A DNA stretch of 64,000 nucleotides from Chrysemys picta bellii (lineage: Eukaryota). The first letter of the stretch is position 1. Each line of letters starts with the position of its first letter. The stretch lies in NCBI RefSeq assembly GCF_011386835.1, contig NC_088792.1, forward strand, positions 159,898,001 through 159,962,000, read 5' to 3'. Position numbers and translations under genes: made by a program. Below the pieces are notes generated by a model that was given only the letters and a program-made list of their open reading frames with translations, did not search any database and was not told where the DNA came from. This document shows positions 10,081-23,167 of this stretch, one piece after another.

Positions 10081-12824
10081 TCATAGATTCATAGATTCTA
10101 GGACTGGAAGGGACCTCGAGAGGTCATCAAGTCCAGTCCCCTGCCCGCATGGCAGGACCAAATACTGTCTAGCCCACCCCTGATAGACATTTATCTAACC
10201 TACTCTTAAATATCTCCAGAGATGGAGATTCCACAACCTCCCTAGGCAATTTATTCCAGTGTTTAACCACTCTGACAGTTAGGAACTTTTTCCTAATGTC
10301 CAACCTAGACCTCACTTGCTGCAGTTTAAGCCCATTGCTTCTTGTTCTATCCTTAGAGGCTAAGGTGAACAAGTTTTCACCCTCCTCCTTATGACACCCT
10401 TTTAGATACCTGAAAACTGCTATCATGTCCCCTCTCAGTCTTCTCTTTTCCAAACTGAACAAACCCAATTCTTTCAGCCTTCCTTCATAGGTCATGTTCT
10501 CAAGATCTTTAATCATTCTTGTTGCTCTTCTCTGGACCCCCTCCAATTTCTCCACATCTTTCTTGAAATGCGGTGCCCAGAACTGGACACAATACTCCAA
10601 CTGAGGCCTAACCAGAGCAGAGTAGAGCGGAAGAATGACTTCTCGTGTCTTGCTCACAACACACCTGTTAATACATCCCAGAATCATGTTTGCTTTTTTT
10701 GCAACAGCATCACATTGTTGACTCATATTTAGCTTGTGGTCCACTATAACCCCTTGATCCCTTTCTGCCGTACTCCTTCCTAGACAGTCTCTTCCCATTC
10801 TGTATGTGTGAAACTGATTTTTTCTTCTTAAGTGGAGCACTTTGCATTTGTCTTTATTAAACTTCATCCTGTTTAACTCAGACCATTTCTCGAATTTGTC
10901 CAGATCATTTTGAATTATGACCCTGTCCTCCAAAGCAGTTGCAATCCCTCCCAGTTTGGTATCATCCACAAACTTAATAAGCGTACTTTCTATGCCAATA
11001 TCTAAGTCATTAATGAAGATATTGAACAGAGCCGGTCCCAAAACAGACCCCTGCGGAACCCCACCTGTTATGCCTTTCCAGCAGGATTAGGAACCATTAA
11101 TAACAACTCTCTGAGTACGGTTATCCAGCCAGTTATGCACCCACCTTATAGTAGCCCCATCTAAATTGTATTTGCCTAGCTTATCGATAAGAATATCATG
11201 CGAGACCGTATCAAATGCCTTACTAAAGTCTAGGTATACCACATCCACAGCTTCTCCCTTATCCACAAGACTCGTTATCCTATCAGAGAAAGCTATCAGA
11301 TTGGTTTGACACAATTTGTTCTTTACAAATCCATGCTGGCTATTCCCTATCACCTTACCACCTTCCAAGTGTTTGCAGATGATTTCCTTAATTACTTGCT
11401 CCATTATCTTCCCTAGGCAAGAAACTAACTGGTCTGTAGTTTCCTGGGTTGTTTTTATTTCCCTTTTTATAGATGGGCACTGTATTTGCCCTTTTCCAGT
11501 CTTCTGGAATCTCTCCCGTCTCCCATGATTTTCCAAAGATAATAGCTAGAGGCTCAGATATCTCCTCTATTAGCTCCTTGAGTATTCTAGGATGCATTTC
11601 ATCAGGCCCTGGTGACTTGCAGGCATCTAACTTTTCTAAGTGATTTTTAACTTGTTCTTTTTTTATTTTATCTGCTAAACCTACCCCCGTCCCATTAGCA
11701 TTCACTAGGTTAGGCATTTCTTCAGACTTCTCGGTGAAGACCGAAACAAAGAAGTCATTAAGCATCTCTGCCATTTCCAAGTTTTCTGTTACTGTTTCTC
11801 CCTCCTCACTGAGCAGTGGTCCTACCCTGTCTTTGGTCTTCCTCTTGATTCTAATGTATTGATAAAAAGTCTTCTTGTTTCCCTTTATTCCTGTAGCTAG
11901 TTTGAGCTCATTTTGTGCCTTTGCCTTTCTAATCTTGCCCCTGCATTCCTGTGCTGTTTGCCTATATTCATTCTTTGTAATCTGTCCTAGTTTCCATTTT
12001 TTTATGACTCCTTTTTATTTTTTAGATCATGCAAGATCTCGTGGTTAAGCCAAGGTGGTCTTTTGCCACATTTTCTATCTTTCCTACCCAGCGGAATAGC
12101 TTGCTTTTGGGCCCTTAATAGTGTCCCTTTGAAAAACTGCCAACTCTCCTCAGTTGTTTTTCCCCTCAGTCTTGATTCCCATGGGACCTTACCTATCAGC
12201 TCTCTGAGCTTACCAAAATCCGCCTTCCTGAAATCCATTGTCTCTATTTTGCTGTTCTCCCTTCTACCCTTCCTTAGAATTGCAAACTCTATGATTTCAT
12301 GATCACTTTCACCCGAGCTGCCTTCTACTTTCAAATTCTCGAGTTGCTCCCTATTTGTTAAAATCAAGTCTAGAACAGCTTCCCCCCTAGTAGCTTTTTC
12401 AACCTTCTGAAATAAAAAGTTGTCTGCAATGCAGTCCAAGAATTTGTTGGATAGTCTGTGCCCCGCTGTGCTATTTTCCCAACATATATTTGGATAGTTG
12501 AAGTCCCCCATCACCACCAAATCTTGGGCTTTGGATGATTTTGTTAGTTGTTTAAAAAATGCCTCATCCACCTCTTCCACCTGGTTAGGTGGCCTGTAGT
12601 AGACTCCTAGCGTGACATCACCCTTGTTTTTTACCCCTTTTACCCCAGAGACTTTCAACACTTCCATCTCCTATGTCCATCTCCACCTCAGTCCAAGTGT
12701 GTACATTTTTAATATATAAGGCAACACCTCCTCCCTTTTCCCCCTGTCTATCCTTCCTGAGCAAGCTGTACCCATCCACACCAACATTCCAATCATGTGT
12801 ATTATCCCACCAAGTTTCAGTGAT
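10081..12824 (-). mobile_element. 5'-truncated CR1 LINE (about 2.7 kb)
   Basis: 3' tail of AATCTATG repeats at about 10081-10099. ORF2 fragments cover the end of the endonuclease (GVYYRPP, MGDFNYP, LDLIL, SDHE) and the RT ([33 protein letters not shown] equivalent QLEYCVQFW). Confidence 0.97.
10169..12667 (-). pseudogene. CR1 ORF2 (APE endonuclease / reverse transcriptase), disrupted
   Basis: Split over ORFs 12002-12667, 11388-11780, 11087-11536 and 10169-11041 by frameshifts and stops. Confidence 0.95.
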
Positions 12825-12839
12825 GTCAGCAGTCTGAGT

Positions 12840-13029
12840 TAGAGATGGTCACACCCTTTTTTGTTGAAACTGTTATTTGACAATAAAATGACATGATTAC
12901 ATTAAAATGTCCAAAAGAAAATATTGTCTGTGTTTAATTTGGGGGCAATTGTCAAACACCAGACATTTTTCAGTTTGGGGGGTTTTGTTTTCCAATAAAA
13001 ACCTGAAAAATTCTGCAAAGAAAATTTAG
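12840..13029. mobile_element. Degenerate AT-rich hAT-like MITE
   Basis: Imperfect ends TAGAGATGGTCA / TAACCAGCTCTA. Similar A/T-tract-rich segments occur near 20-290, 15520-15810, 17900-18250, 18930-19130, 48240-48460 and 63130-63290. Confidence 0.45.
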
Positions 13030-14496
13030 AAAAGAAAAACAAAAGTTTTTCATTTTCCCAAAGTAAAACACATTTCTTAACCAGCTCTAGTTTCTGTGTA
13101 ATAACCTGATGAGTCTTAGTTCAATTCCTAGTGAGCAGGGATCTGAAACACAAAATATCATCACCACAATTGGTATGAAATACTCTTCCCCATCACTGGG
13201 AGTATAATCAAAGAGGTCAATAGTGGACTAGATTCCTGGAATCACATTCTTCCAGGTGAGGATTGAAGGTCAGTTTTGAGCTATCGATAGATTCCATCAC
13301 TATAATATATAAATGCATGGGTTTTTTTTTAAGGAAGGCTTATATTGTTGCTCTCTATGATGTACTGGTCCTGATATATGGAATCAGTCTTAGTCTTTCT
13401 TAACAGGTACAAATGGCTGACTTGCAAGCAATCTTCTATCCAGTTTCAGTTCCAGCTTTTTCTTGTATGGTTTCCAGGCATCAGACCCTGTCCTGAACTC
13501 TATACAACACACATAGACATCTGGTGGCTAAATAATAATCTGTAAATATACATATTTCAGTATTTGATCTATAGATAAACATACGCTTTTACTTTAAGGT
13601 ATCTCTCTCATCACTAAAATTATGGGATGGGGGGAATCCCTTAAAGAGTAACCTTGGACCAAATCATTTTAAACTATGCTCACAGGCACCTGCATGGAGG
13701 AGCCTGGCCCCTACCTCCACAGCAGAAGATTGAGTACAATTGTAATTACTTATGCTGCTCTCCTGGGTTTGAGTCCTATTTCCTTTTTGCCATGCAATAA
13801 ATTACCCATACATTTTCTCTCCCTGCAATAATGACCCCAGTTTCACACTCCTGCACGCAGACAATGTTGCAAGACAGATTCGATCTGTCAAGGGCGCCAA
13901 AATGTTAGGAGCACAGCACACATTTGTGAGACAAGACGCCCCTCTGAAATGTAGTGGGTGTTTAAATATCCTCCGGGATGCTTGCTGGGTGCAGAGCTAG
14001 CTGAACAGCAATTTTATTTTTAGACAGTGAAATCTTTCATTTTGATGCTGACTTTTGTTTGGGCATTTCGGGGGGTTAAGTCTCTCAAGTGTTCATTTCA
14101 CCCACAGAACATCAATGAAATACACCTCCTAAATCCTTCACTGTGACTTAGCAGTGACATCCGGGAAATGTGCCTCTCCAGCACTGCCTGATGTACCTCA
14201 CCCCACTGGGAGCAGGGCATCTCGATCTCTTTGATGCTCATAGACTATCTGGATGCTCAGCTAGGACCCCAAGTCAATGGGAGTCTCTCCATAGTTTTTA
14301 ATGGGAATTTGCTTGGACTCATCAAGGTGGTACATGCTTAGATGTGCCTGTATTACTATTGCTGGGGCTGTGTGGGTTTGGAATATGGTGGTATGCTTGT
14401 CTTCAGAGGTTGACAAAAGGCATAGTTTGACTGACACTGACTTTCCAGTTAGCTTTTGCCTATAGACTAGTGAAACATGCCTCTCTGAATTCAGTA

Positions 14497-14560
14497 TCTT
14501 TCTTTCTTTCTTTCTTTCTTTCCTTCCTTCCTTCCTTCCTTCTTTCTTTCTTTCTTTCTT
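14497..14560. repeat. (CTTT)n(CCTT)n(CTTT)n microsatellite
   Basis: Direct reading. Confidence 0.95.
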
Positions 14561-15109
14561 CTCAGTGGAGGCAGCTGAAATAACCTATGTTTATACAGCA
14601 ACATAAAATCCCAGAGCCTGACAGAACACAACAGTGTGTGGTGGTGTGATTATTAGTGCATTCAGGGGAAAAAAGGGGATAAGACAAATTGAATTAAAAT
14701 TAACACGCCTGTGGGGTATGTGGACAACAATGAATATCTTATTTAACATGAGATCCGCAGGCTCATGGAACCCAATGTTCCGTACAGCCAACTAATGGTT
14801 CATTTGTAAGATTCAATTGGTTCAGAGAGTTCATAATGTCCCAGTGTCATGGCAGCTTAGTTTAAGAATATGGATCTTCTACTTAAGGAGACACAACCAT
14901 ACATCAAAGTGTTTAACAGCCTTAGGTCAGCATCCTTCTGTTTGGGTAGATCTGGGAAGAGTGCCAAAGGAAACCACTCCTTTCATTACAGGACTTCTTG
15001 CAGAACTGTTAAGGAAACCTTTCAAATAATACATGAGAAAAGGGGTTTGGCTGAGGACAGCATATTTTTCACCTGCAGGGTGTCAAGCAGTGGGTAGTAG
15101 AGAGACGTG

Positions 15110-15390
15110 GAAGAGCTCTAAGCTCTGGGCTTCTCTCATCAGTTCTGCAAGATCCCCAGAGTAAGAGATTCAGTGTTAACATCCACTGGACAAGCCGTGG
15201 CTCTGAACATTTATGAAGAAAGACAAAGCAATCAGGGAAAGTATAAACCAGGATTAATAGCATGAGGCTGAATGAGGGGGAATGTAAGCTAACTCTCAGG
15301 GAACATTTCATAGCAGTGATAGCTGTTAGGCTGCGTGATAGTCTCCTAAGGGAAGTGGAGGGAGAGAGCCCCATAATTTGGGACATTTAA
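15110..15390 (+). mobile_element. Old CR1/L3-type 3' fragment
   Basis: catttcatagcagtgatagctgttaggctgcgtgatagtctcctaagggaagtggag matches the CR1 region encoding the ORF2 C-terminus. Confidence 0.6.
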
Positions 15391-16539
15391 AGGAGACTCA
15401 GGAAGGCACTGGGGGGGGTGGGGGGGGGCGCGCTCAGTCCTGCTAGAGCAGCCAGGAGATGAATTAGGTGAAAGCTGTTAGGTCTTCTTTATCTTGCACA
15501 CCTATGAGTAGTTGAAATTCTTTCCTCAATGAAAATTTGTGTGGGAAGTTTTTGTTTCTTTTAAAATTTTCCAGACTAAAAAAAAAACAAAAAACCCAAA
15601 AACTGAAAACAAGAAACCCTATCAGTTTTCAAAATCTGACCAACCATCTTTACTTTCCTGACAACTGAAAACAACCAAAAAAACAACAACCCTTCTTCTC
15701 ATTTTTTGCTTGGTAAACCAAAACATTTCTGCAAAAAGCCCTTTAATAAATGAAAAAAATGTTGTTCGTTTCTAAATTTGGGGGGTAAATTACTTTTTAT
15801 TTTCTGATCAGCTCTGACATGACTCTCTGTCATGGGCACATGGCACGGCTACAGGCTGAGTGCATGTAAGGGGAAGCTCTTCAGCAGACTGCTTGCAAGG
15901 GTGGGTGTACATTTATTGAATGCATGATGGGATACAACAGCCAGCCCTGAAATGGGGTGACTTCAGCCCATCTTTGCTTAATGTAGGTTCTTGCCTCACT
16001 GTTAATTATTGATTTGTTTTACCTTTGAGTCCATGCTGTGGCAGTAGCCACTGCCTCCCCGACTTTTCCTGATTCCCTTCCCGGGGGGTGCTACTCATCA
16101 GCAGAGTGAAATGTGATTCATTAATGCCACTCGCTTGAGTTTACTCTGGGAGGAGAAGACTCGGTTGCAGACATCATTAGGGTGTTTCCACCTCCTTCCC
16201 TGCATCTCAACTACAACTTTATTTTGCTATGAAGGGAACCCACGGAGCTTCCACTGCTGCAGGAGGTAGGAAATGCCCTGACCTCATTGATTAGTTGCAG
16301 GAGAGCGAGCAAAGGGAGTGGCACATTATCAGATTTGTTCCTAAACCAAGAGGCAGCTTTGAGACCCTGTGTCTCCCAGATTCCTCCTAGTAAATCCACC
16401 CCCTTCATATTTGGCCTTTCATGTAAGATCCTATAGTCTCACATGACTGATAAAGAAATAATGAGACACGTAGCTGAGGCCAGCAAAGAAGTCAGTCAGA
16501 TCCCATGAAGATGTGTGCAGAAATTAAAATCATAGCTAG

Positions 16540-16790
16540 AGGGTTACATATTCTTTATAGGGGATAGCACATTGGACTTGGCCTCAAATGACCTGGGTTC
16601 TGATCCCAACTCTGCCACTGACAAACTGTGTGATATTGGGCAAGTCCCTTCCCCTCTTGCTCTTGGTCTGTTTAGACTACAAACTCTTTTGGGTAGGGAG
16701 CAACTCTTACTATGTGTCTATATGGTGCTTAGTGCAACAGGGCTCTGATCTCAGCAGGGGCCTTCAGGTACTACCATAATACAAATATTC
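16540..16790 (+). mobile_element. MIR-like CORE-SINE
   Basis: Core gacctgggttctgatcccaactctgccactgac..tgtgtgatattgggcaagtc plus tail. Confidence 0.75.
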
Positions 16791-16829
16791 TGGTATCATA
16801 AGAGTAGATATTTACCTGGTCCCCATTCC

Positions 16830-17170
16830 CACAATATTTGAGCCTCTCACAAACTTTAGCGGATTTATCCTCGCAGCACCTCTGTGAAACAGGTCACTAT
16901 TATTAACCCTGGTCAGCCGACTGAGAACTGAGGCACAGAGAGATTAGGTGATTTGACTGAGATCACAGAGTAGAACTCGCCTCTGTGCAGACGGCCAGCA
17001 TGAGGGACCCTCTACTTCCCACATAAACCCTCAAAATAGGACTTATCTGACCCGTAAGTGCTGTCCAGATCTTGGGCTGTCTCCTCTGCACAGGAGAGAA
17101 TTCCACCCACTGAGAATCTGTGGAAGAGCCAGGAATTGAATCCACATCGCCAATGTCTGAAGCATGAGAC
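16830..17170 (-). mobile_element. MIR-like fragments
   Basis: actgaggcacagagagattaggtgatttg and gagccaggaattgaatcc in antisense-core orientation. Confidence 0.6.
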
Positions 17171-19840
17171 CAAGATAAATGGAAGAGAATAGATCCACAG
17201 AAGGAGACTGTTTTGTACCTTGCTGGAGGCCATACCAAACAGATGAGGAACTCCCACAAAGGTTGTCGAGTGACAAGGAAAAAAGAAATCAAAGAAAAAT
17301 TTGAAAAGCAGAAAATGTTCCAGACCATATTGTAGGTTTTATTAGTCGCTCTCCCTCTCCTCCAGGGACTGCTGTATTTTTTCCTGTAATTAGCAGCAAG
17401 CTGCAATTGCCTTGCTTTAACGATCTGGAAGTCCCTTTGGATGCCTCCTTGGGGGTCTTCCCCCTCCCCTTCCATTCTTTAAATTTTATTTCCCACTATA
17501 TAATTAAATCAGAATTGGCAGCCTGCAAAGCTCTTTTAGAGACCGTGCTAGTGGAATCTAAACAGTGGCTCCCGGCAGGGCGATGAGAAGTTATTCATTT
17601 GGGGCTTACATTGGGTCATTACTTACCCTGCCCTGGGGTGCTTGAGGAGACAGAACTCAGCTGGAGAAACTCCAAGAGGCCACTGCAGCCCACTCACTCA
17701 GACAAAGTAAATCAAGTATATTACAGAGAGGGTGAAACAGCAAATCCTGATGCAACCCGGGGGAGCATTTCAGATGGTCCCAAAGCTCAGCAATCCAGAA
17801 ATACTGCTGGACTGTGATTACAACTGAAATTTATGGCATGGAGATTAAGTGGGTTCTGTAAATTGCAGGGGCTCAAATCTCCTGCAGATACTTCTCACGA
17901 GATCTGGTTGAAATTTTTCATATAGGAAGTTTTTTACATCCCAAAATGACTTTTCCCCCCAAACTAACTCATTTCATGACAAGTCCTCATGTTTTGTTTC
18001 TCATGAAAAAAATCATGAATTTTTAATAGTTTTTTAAAAAATCATAATATTATCAACTATGCTATTTAAATGGTCATTGAAATGCCCCAGTAACTAGGTT
18101 CTCAATAATTGATTTAAAAAAAATATTTTGGTTAAAAAAAAATTCAATGGAAATTTTCAAAAAAGGGCTCCGTTTCGTACCCTTAGACACAAAAGTAGCA
18201 TTGATTTATTTTTTTTTACATTTTGCACAAAACCAGTTTTTCTTTTTTTTTTTTTTCCAACCAGCTCTGCTTCTCATTTATACGCCATGGGAAGTATTTC
18301 TCTCTCCTGTTCCATATTATATATATATATATAAATCCTCAACACTGTGGTCTAAGTGCTGAGGATTTAAAGTGTTTGCATTCATGTGGCAACTTCAAGT
18401 CATCAGCTCTCAAATGGCTTTGCAAACATTCAGGGGGAAATCCTGTTTGTATTGAAGCCCATGGACATTTTGCCATGGACTTCAGTGGGGCCAAGATTTT
18501 ACCCGAGGACTCCCAACATCTCGGTGAGTGGGCATCTATCATGATCCCCAGTTTTGAACCAGGAAGAACGTAGCACTTGTTCAGGAAAGCACCTTAACCA
18601 GCAAAATCTGGGGTGAGGAAAAGGAGAAAGGGAATTGAGTGTCATCTGCGTGTTGTAGCCCATTATTTCTCCCAATCTTGCCCAAAGCCTTATGTGCCCA
18701 TTGAACAGAGTCCTGTATTAGACTGCTGCCAGTGAGGAAGAGAAATTACTCAGTGTCACCCTCTGAACATTCTGAGTCACTCAAAAAGCTGGAATGGGAG
18801 CCTACATGACCTGACTCTTAGCCATGTGATCTTAGCCACAAGAATTGATTTCCCTTCATTACACATTTATCTGAACTATTCAAAGCCTCTTGAGCCAAAT
18901 TCATTCTTGCTTCACCCATATCACTGGAATTTTATCAGGGGTGAATTCTCATGGGAAAATTAAGTTTTGGTTGAAATTTTCCAGTTTTTCTATGAATAAA
19001 CATAAGCTAGAAACTTTTTTTTTCAAAACAGAAAAATATTTTGGGGTATTTTTCCCTGGGGGGATAAAGGAGAAAAGGGGAAAAAACTGAAATCTTGAGG
19101 GTTTTTCAAAAATGTGTTGGATTTTCATAAGAAATGTCAGGAGTCTTTATAAGTCCTGTGGGGCTTCTTTGCAGGCTGTTGGATGGCACCCCAAAAAGTT
19201 GGTGTTGATTCATGTGAGCAGAATTCTGTACCCAAGCAGAGTGCCACTGAAATTTAGGTGTAGGGGTCTTACCATGTGCATCTGATTGCAGAATAAAGGC
19301 CCTGAGAGCTGCTAACCCTATTGTTGTCTATCAAAGCAGCCCTGGTCCTCTGACCCAGACAACCCATTCCCCCTTTTTGTAAAGCAACTGTAATTGTGAC
19401 ACAGAGACACAATGCTAAACAGAGAGGCGCTGAATAAAACATGAATCAGAAAGTAAATCCTTTCTGGCACCTGGTTACCTCTCTTCCGAGTGCAATATGC
19501 GAGGCTGCTAATTGCTTGATTTACTGTAGCAGTCACTCTGCCAACAGCAATAAATAAAGTTAATTAATATAAGGTAACCCACTGACAGGAAGGCTAGTAA
19601 TTACCAGGAAACCAGAGAGATGGGCCTTTTGTGGCTCTGTTAGGAAAGAAAAAGCACAATTTCCTCCCCCTATTTTTTGTTATCTATCATCCTTTATTTG
19701 TTTGCCTTGAGCACTATGTGAAAAGATCTTGGGTCCAATTTCTGTTTACTTTTCTTTTCTTTTCCCCTTCCCCAAAGATGACTGTTTGTTAACTGGAGCA
19801 GAGTTTTGAAAAGAAAAGAACTGTTTTTCCTCCCACCTAG

Positions 19841-21083
19841 CATAGAATCATAGAATATCAGGGTTGGAAGGGACCTCACGAGGTCATCTAGTCCAACCCC
19901 CTGCTCAAAGCAGGACCAACACCAACTAAATCATCCCACCAAGGCTTTGTCAAGTTGGGCCTTAAAAACCTTTAAGGAAGGAGATTCCACCACCTCCCTA
20001 GGTAACCCATTCCAGTGCTTCACCACCCTCCTAGTGAAATAGTGTTTCCTAACTTAAGATCATTGCTCCTTGTTCTGTCTTCTACCACCACTGAGAACAA
20101 CTGAGCTCCATCCTCTTTGGAATCCCCCCTTCAGGTAGTTGAAGGCTGCTATCAAATTCCCCTTACTCTTCTCTTCTGCAGACTAAATAAGCCCAGTTCC
20201 CTCAGCCTCTCCTCGTAAGTCATGTGCCCCAGGCCCCTAATAATTTTCATTACCCTCCATTGGACTCTCTCCAATTTGTCCACATCCCTTCTGTAGTGGG
20301 GGGACCAAAACTGGATGCAATACTCCAGGTGTGGCCTCACCAGTGCCAAATAGAGGGGAATAATCACTTCCCTTGATCTGCTGGCAATGCTCATACTAAT
20401 ACAACCCAATATGCCGTTAGCCTTCTTGGCAACAAGGGCACACTGTTGACTCATATCCAGCTTCTCGTCCACTGTAATCCCCAGGTCCTTTTCTGCAGGA
20501 CTGCTGTTTAGCCAGTCAGTCCCCAGCCTGTAGTGGTGCATGTGATTCTTCCTTCCTAAGTGCAAGACTCTGCACTTGTCCTTGTTGAACCTCATCAGAT
20601 TTCTTTTGGCCCAATCCTCCAATTTGTCTAGGTCACTCTGGACCCTATTGCTATCCTCCAGCATATCTACCTCTCCCCCCAGCTTAGTGTCATCTGCGAA
20701 CTTGCTGAGGGTGCAATTAATCCCATCATCCAGATAATTAACGAAGATGTTGAACAAAACCGGATCCAGGACCGACCCCTGGGGCATTTCGCTTGATACT
20801 GGCTGCCAACTAGACATCAAGCCGTTGATCACTACCTGTTGAGCCCGACAATCTAGCCAGCTTTCTATCCACCTTACAGTTCATTCATCCAGCCCATACT
20901 TTTTTAACTTGCTGGCAAGAATGCTGTGGCAGACCATATCAAAAGCTTTGCTAAAGTCAAGATATATCATATCCACTTCTTTCCCCATATCCACAGAGCC
21001 AGTTATCTCATCATAGAAGGCAATCAGGTTGGTCAGGCATGACTTGCCATTGGTGAATCCATGTTGACCGTTCCTGATCACCT
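19841..21083 (-). mobile_element. 5'-truncated CR1 LINE (about 1.25 kb, PsCR1-like 3' end)
   Basis: Tail of ATTCTATG repeats at about 19841-19856. RT fragments [24 protein letters not shown] and HLEYCIQFW (ORFs 20881-21081, 20152-20832). Confidence 0.96.
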
Positions 21084-21095
21084 ATGATCACCTAA

Positions 21096-21246
21096 GTCTA
21101 TGTCCTAAGAGTGCTCCTGCCGACAAAGTGCTGTGCACACCGGTGCTTGTCGTCCACAAAACGTTTGTCTTTTGGGGGGGGGGGGGTGTTTTAACAACTG
21201 TGAATGACAGAAGTTTTGTCTTTCACTTGCCGGTATAGACAAAGCC
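21096..21246. mobile_element. PIF/Harbinger-type MITE, degraded
   Basis: Ends gtctatgtc / gtatagacaaagcc. TAA on both flanks (21093-21095, 21247-21249). Confidence 0.7.
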
Positions 21247-21307
21247 TAACTCCAAATGTTGAGCAGTAGGAACTTGGGCTATGATCTTGTAAAGTCTTCC
21301 AAGCTAA

Positions 21308-21458
21308 GGGGCTGATTTAACAAGCCAGTTATGCACACACTTAAGTCCAACCCTGTTCAGCGAAGCACTTACGTATGTGCTTAACTTTTACACCTATGGC
21401 TCTTCAGCATATGCTTAAAGTTAAGCACTTGCTTACATACTTTTGCTGAATCAGGGCC
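21308..21458. mobile_element. Palindromic hairpin element with TAA TSD
   Basis: Ends GGGGCTGATT / AATCAGGGCC. TAA on both flanks. Internal aagcactta/taagca inverted motifs. Confidence 0.7.
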
Positions 21459-21629
21459 TAAGCTAGGCTGAGACTGTACTTGGATAAGAGACTTCCAAGT
21501 AATTTAGGCGACAAAGGAGTTCTGCCTTCTGGGTCAGCACCGAACAAACGCCTTGGCATGGTACTGTGCTGCTAATGTTGCTGTGTGTCAAATGAGACAT
21601 CAAACAGGTTCTCAGTGTCCAAGGTCAGG

Positions 21630-22200
21630 GCAACTGCATCTCTATTCCCCCCACCACAGTCCAGCAAGGACACCCAACCTCAGGGTTCTGGCTCTCTAGC
21701 CATCACCTCTCTTGGGTGGAGATGAATGTATCCCTTCCCCCCTGACCAGGGTATTTCCAGGCTGCACAGTTCTCTGCCTGCACTGTGAATTCCCCAGCAA
21801 GTCAGACTGCCCTTGCAGATTTGACAAAGAGCTGCAGTGCCGTATCTTCTGCAACATCTGCTAATTTCTGACCATGCTGCCTCCCTTTGAATGATGCAAA
21901 AGAGAATGGACAGTCCTAACTGTCTTACTCTGTGGCAGAAAGAGAACACTCTGGTCTGTTCAACTTGCAGGGTGGCAGACTTCCAAGACCTGTCCCGTGC
22001 AGGCTGTCTTCCATCTCTGGACCCTTCTCACCCTGGTCAAGACAAGCCAATTCAGAGGCTGCCTACAAGATAAAAAATAAGGGTGAAATAGTACAATAAA
22101 TGAAATAAAATAACGAAATGACTAAACCATCCCTAAACATACCTGACCATTTCAATAGAAACCCTAGGGGAATGTGGGGAAGATTATAGAAAGCAGATAA
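21630..22200. mobile_element. Probable LTR-like repeat fragment
   Basis: ctgaccagggtatttccaggctgcacagttc..ccagcaagtcagactgcc resembles a common turtle interspersed repeat (from recall). No TG..CA ends found. Confidence 0.35.
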
Positions 22201-22724
22201 ATGAAATCCTTTAAAAATTAACTGCAGCATCCTAAGTTCTGGCGGAATAGATGCATCTCAATTGGGGAGGGGGCACTTGTCATGAGTGGATTCTCTCCAG
22301 CTTGATGTAGGAGTTGGTTGTTGGGTTTTTGTGATGCGCAGGTAATTCTGTCAGCGAGAGATTTCCTTGTCCAGCAACAACTGATATAGACAAATTACTC
22401 TGGCAAAACTCTATGACAGCTCCTAATGATCCTCATTCTGGGCCACTGTGGAAGTGACACCTAATCACTGCTGCTGATGTGGGCTAGAAAGCTTCGACAA
22501 GCGATGCGTGTGATATGGGAGCCACACTGAATGTTCCCAGGCATCAGAGCTCAGGATCTCACCGGAATATGTGCTCTGAATTGCCTGGGGTGTGGAGGGA
22601 GGGGTGCTGGTGGAGGGAGTGGGGAGAATGATGCTGGGATAAGTGTAATAATTTCATGTTGTGTTATAGTGGGCCAAATTCAGCATTGTGGCCAGCCAGC
22701 AAATGAATTGGGAGCTGATCCTCA

Positions 22725-22814
22725 GGGGCCAGATCCTCGGCTACTATAAATCAGCAAACTTTCACGTAAGTCAACAAACTTATACTGATTTGCACTAGTC
22801 GAGGCTCTGGCCCC
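22725..22814. repeat. Short hairpin element
   Basis: Perfect arms GGGGCCAGA / TCTGGCCCC, extended imperfectly inward (tcctcg/cgaggc, taaatcag/ctgatttg). Confidence 0.75.
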
Positions 22815-23044
22815 AGGGTTGAAATTAAGCCGATACGTGTACATTTCACCCCCACCCACTCTTGGAGGTAAAGTCAGACCTGTTCTACATGTGTGATAGT
22901 TACAACTGGTCAAAATTTTCAAATTTCAACTTTTTGGGTTGGAAATTTGAATTTTGCCAACAACTAAAGAACCCAAAATGTTTTAACAAAAATTGTCATA
23001 AAAAATGTCTAGATTTTCCAACCTGCTATATGGCCAGCTGAGAT

Positions 23045-23167
23045 TAGGGTGACCAGACAGCAAATGTGAAAAATCGGGACGGGGGTGGGGGTAATATGAG
23101 CCTATATAAGAAAAAGAGCCAAAAACCGAGACTGTCCCTATAAAAATCGGGACATCTGGTCACCCTA
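23045..23167. mobile_element. 123-bp hAT MITE (TAGGGTGACCAGA ends)
   Basis: TIR TAGGGTGACCAGA / TCTGGTCACCCTA. 8-bp TSD GCTGAGAT / GTTGAGAT (7/8). Confidence 0.93.

Noticed and set aside
14870-15000. Possible RTE-type RT remnant (LRLLNTLMYGC on the minus strand)
   Set aside because: Only a few residues resemble the motif and the flanking frames are closed. It needs an HMM search.
16963-17475. 170-aa minus-strand ORF
   Set aside because: Partly overlaps MIR fragments and has no domain-like content.
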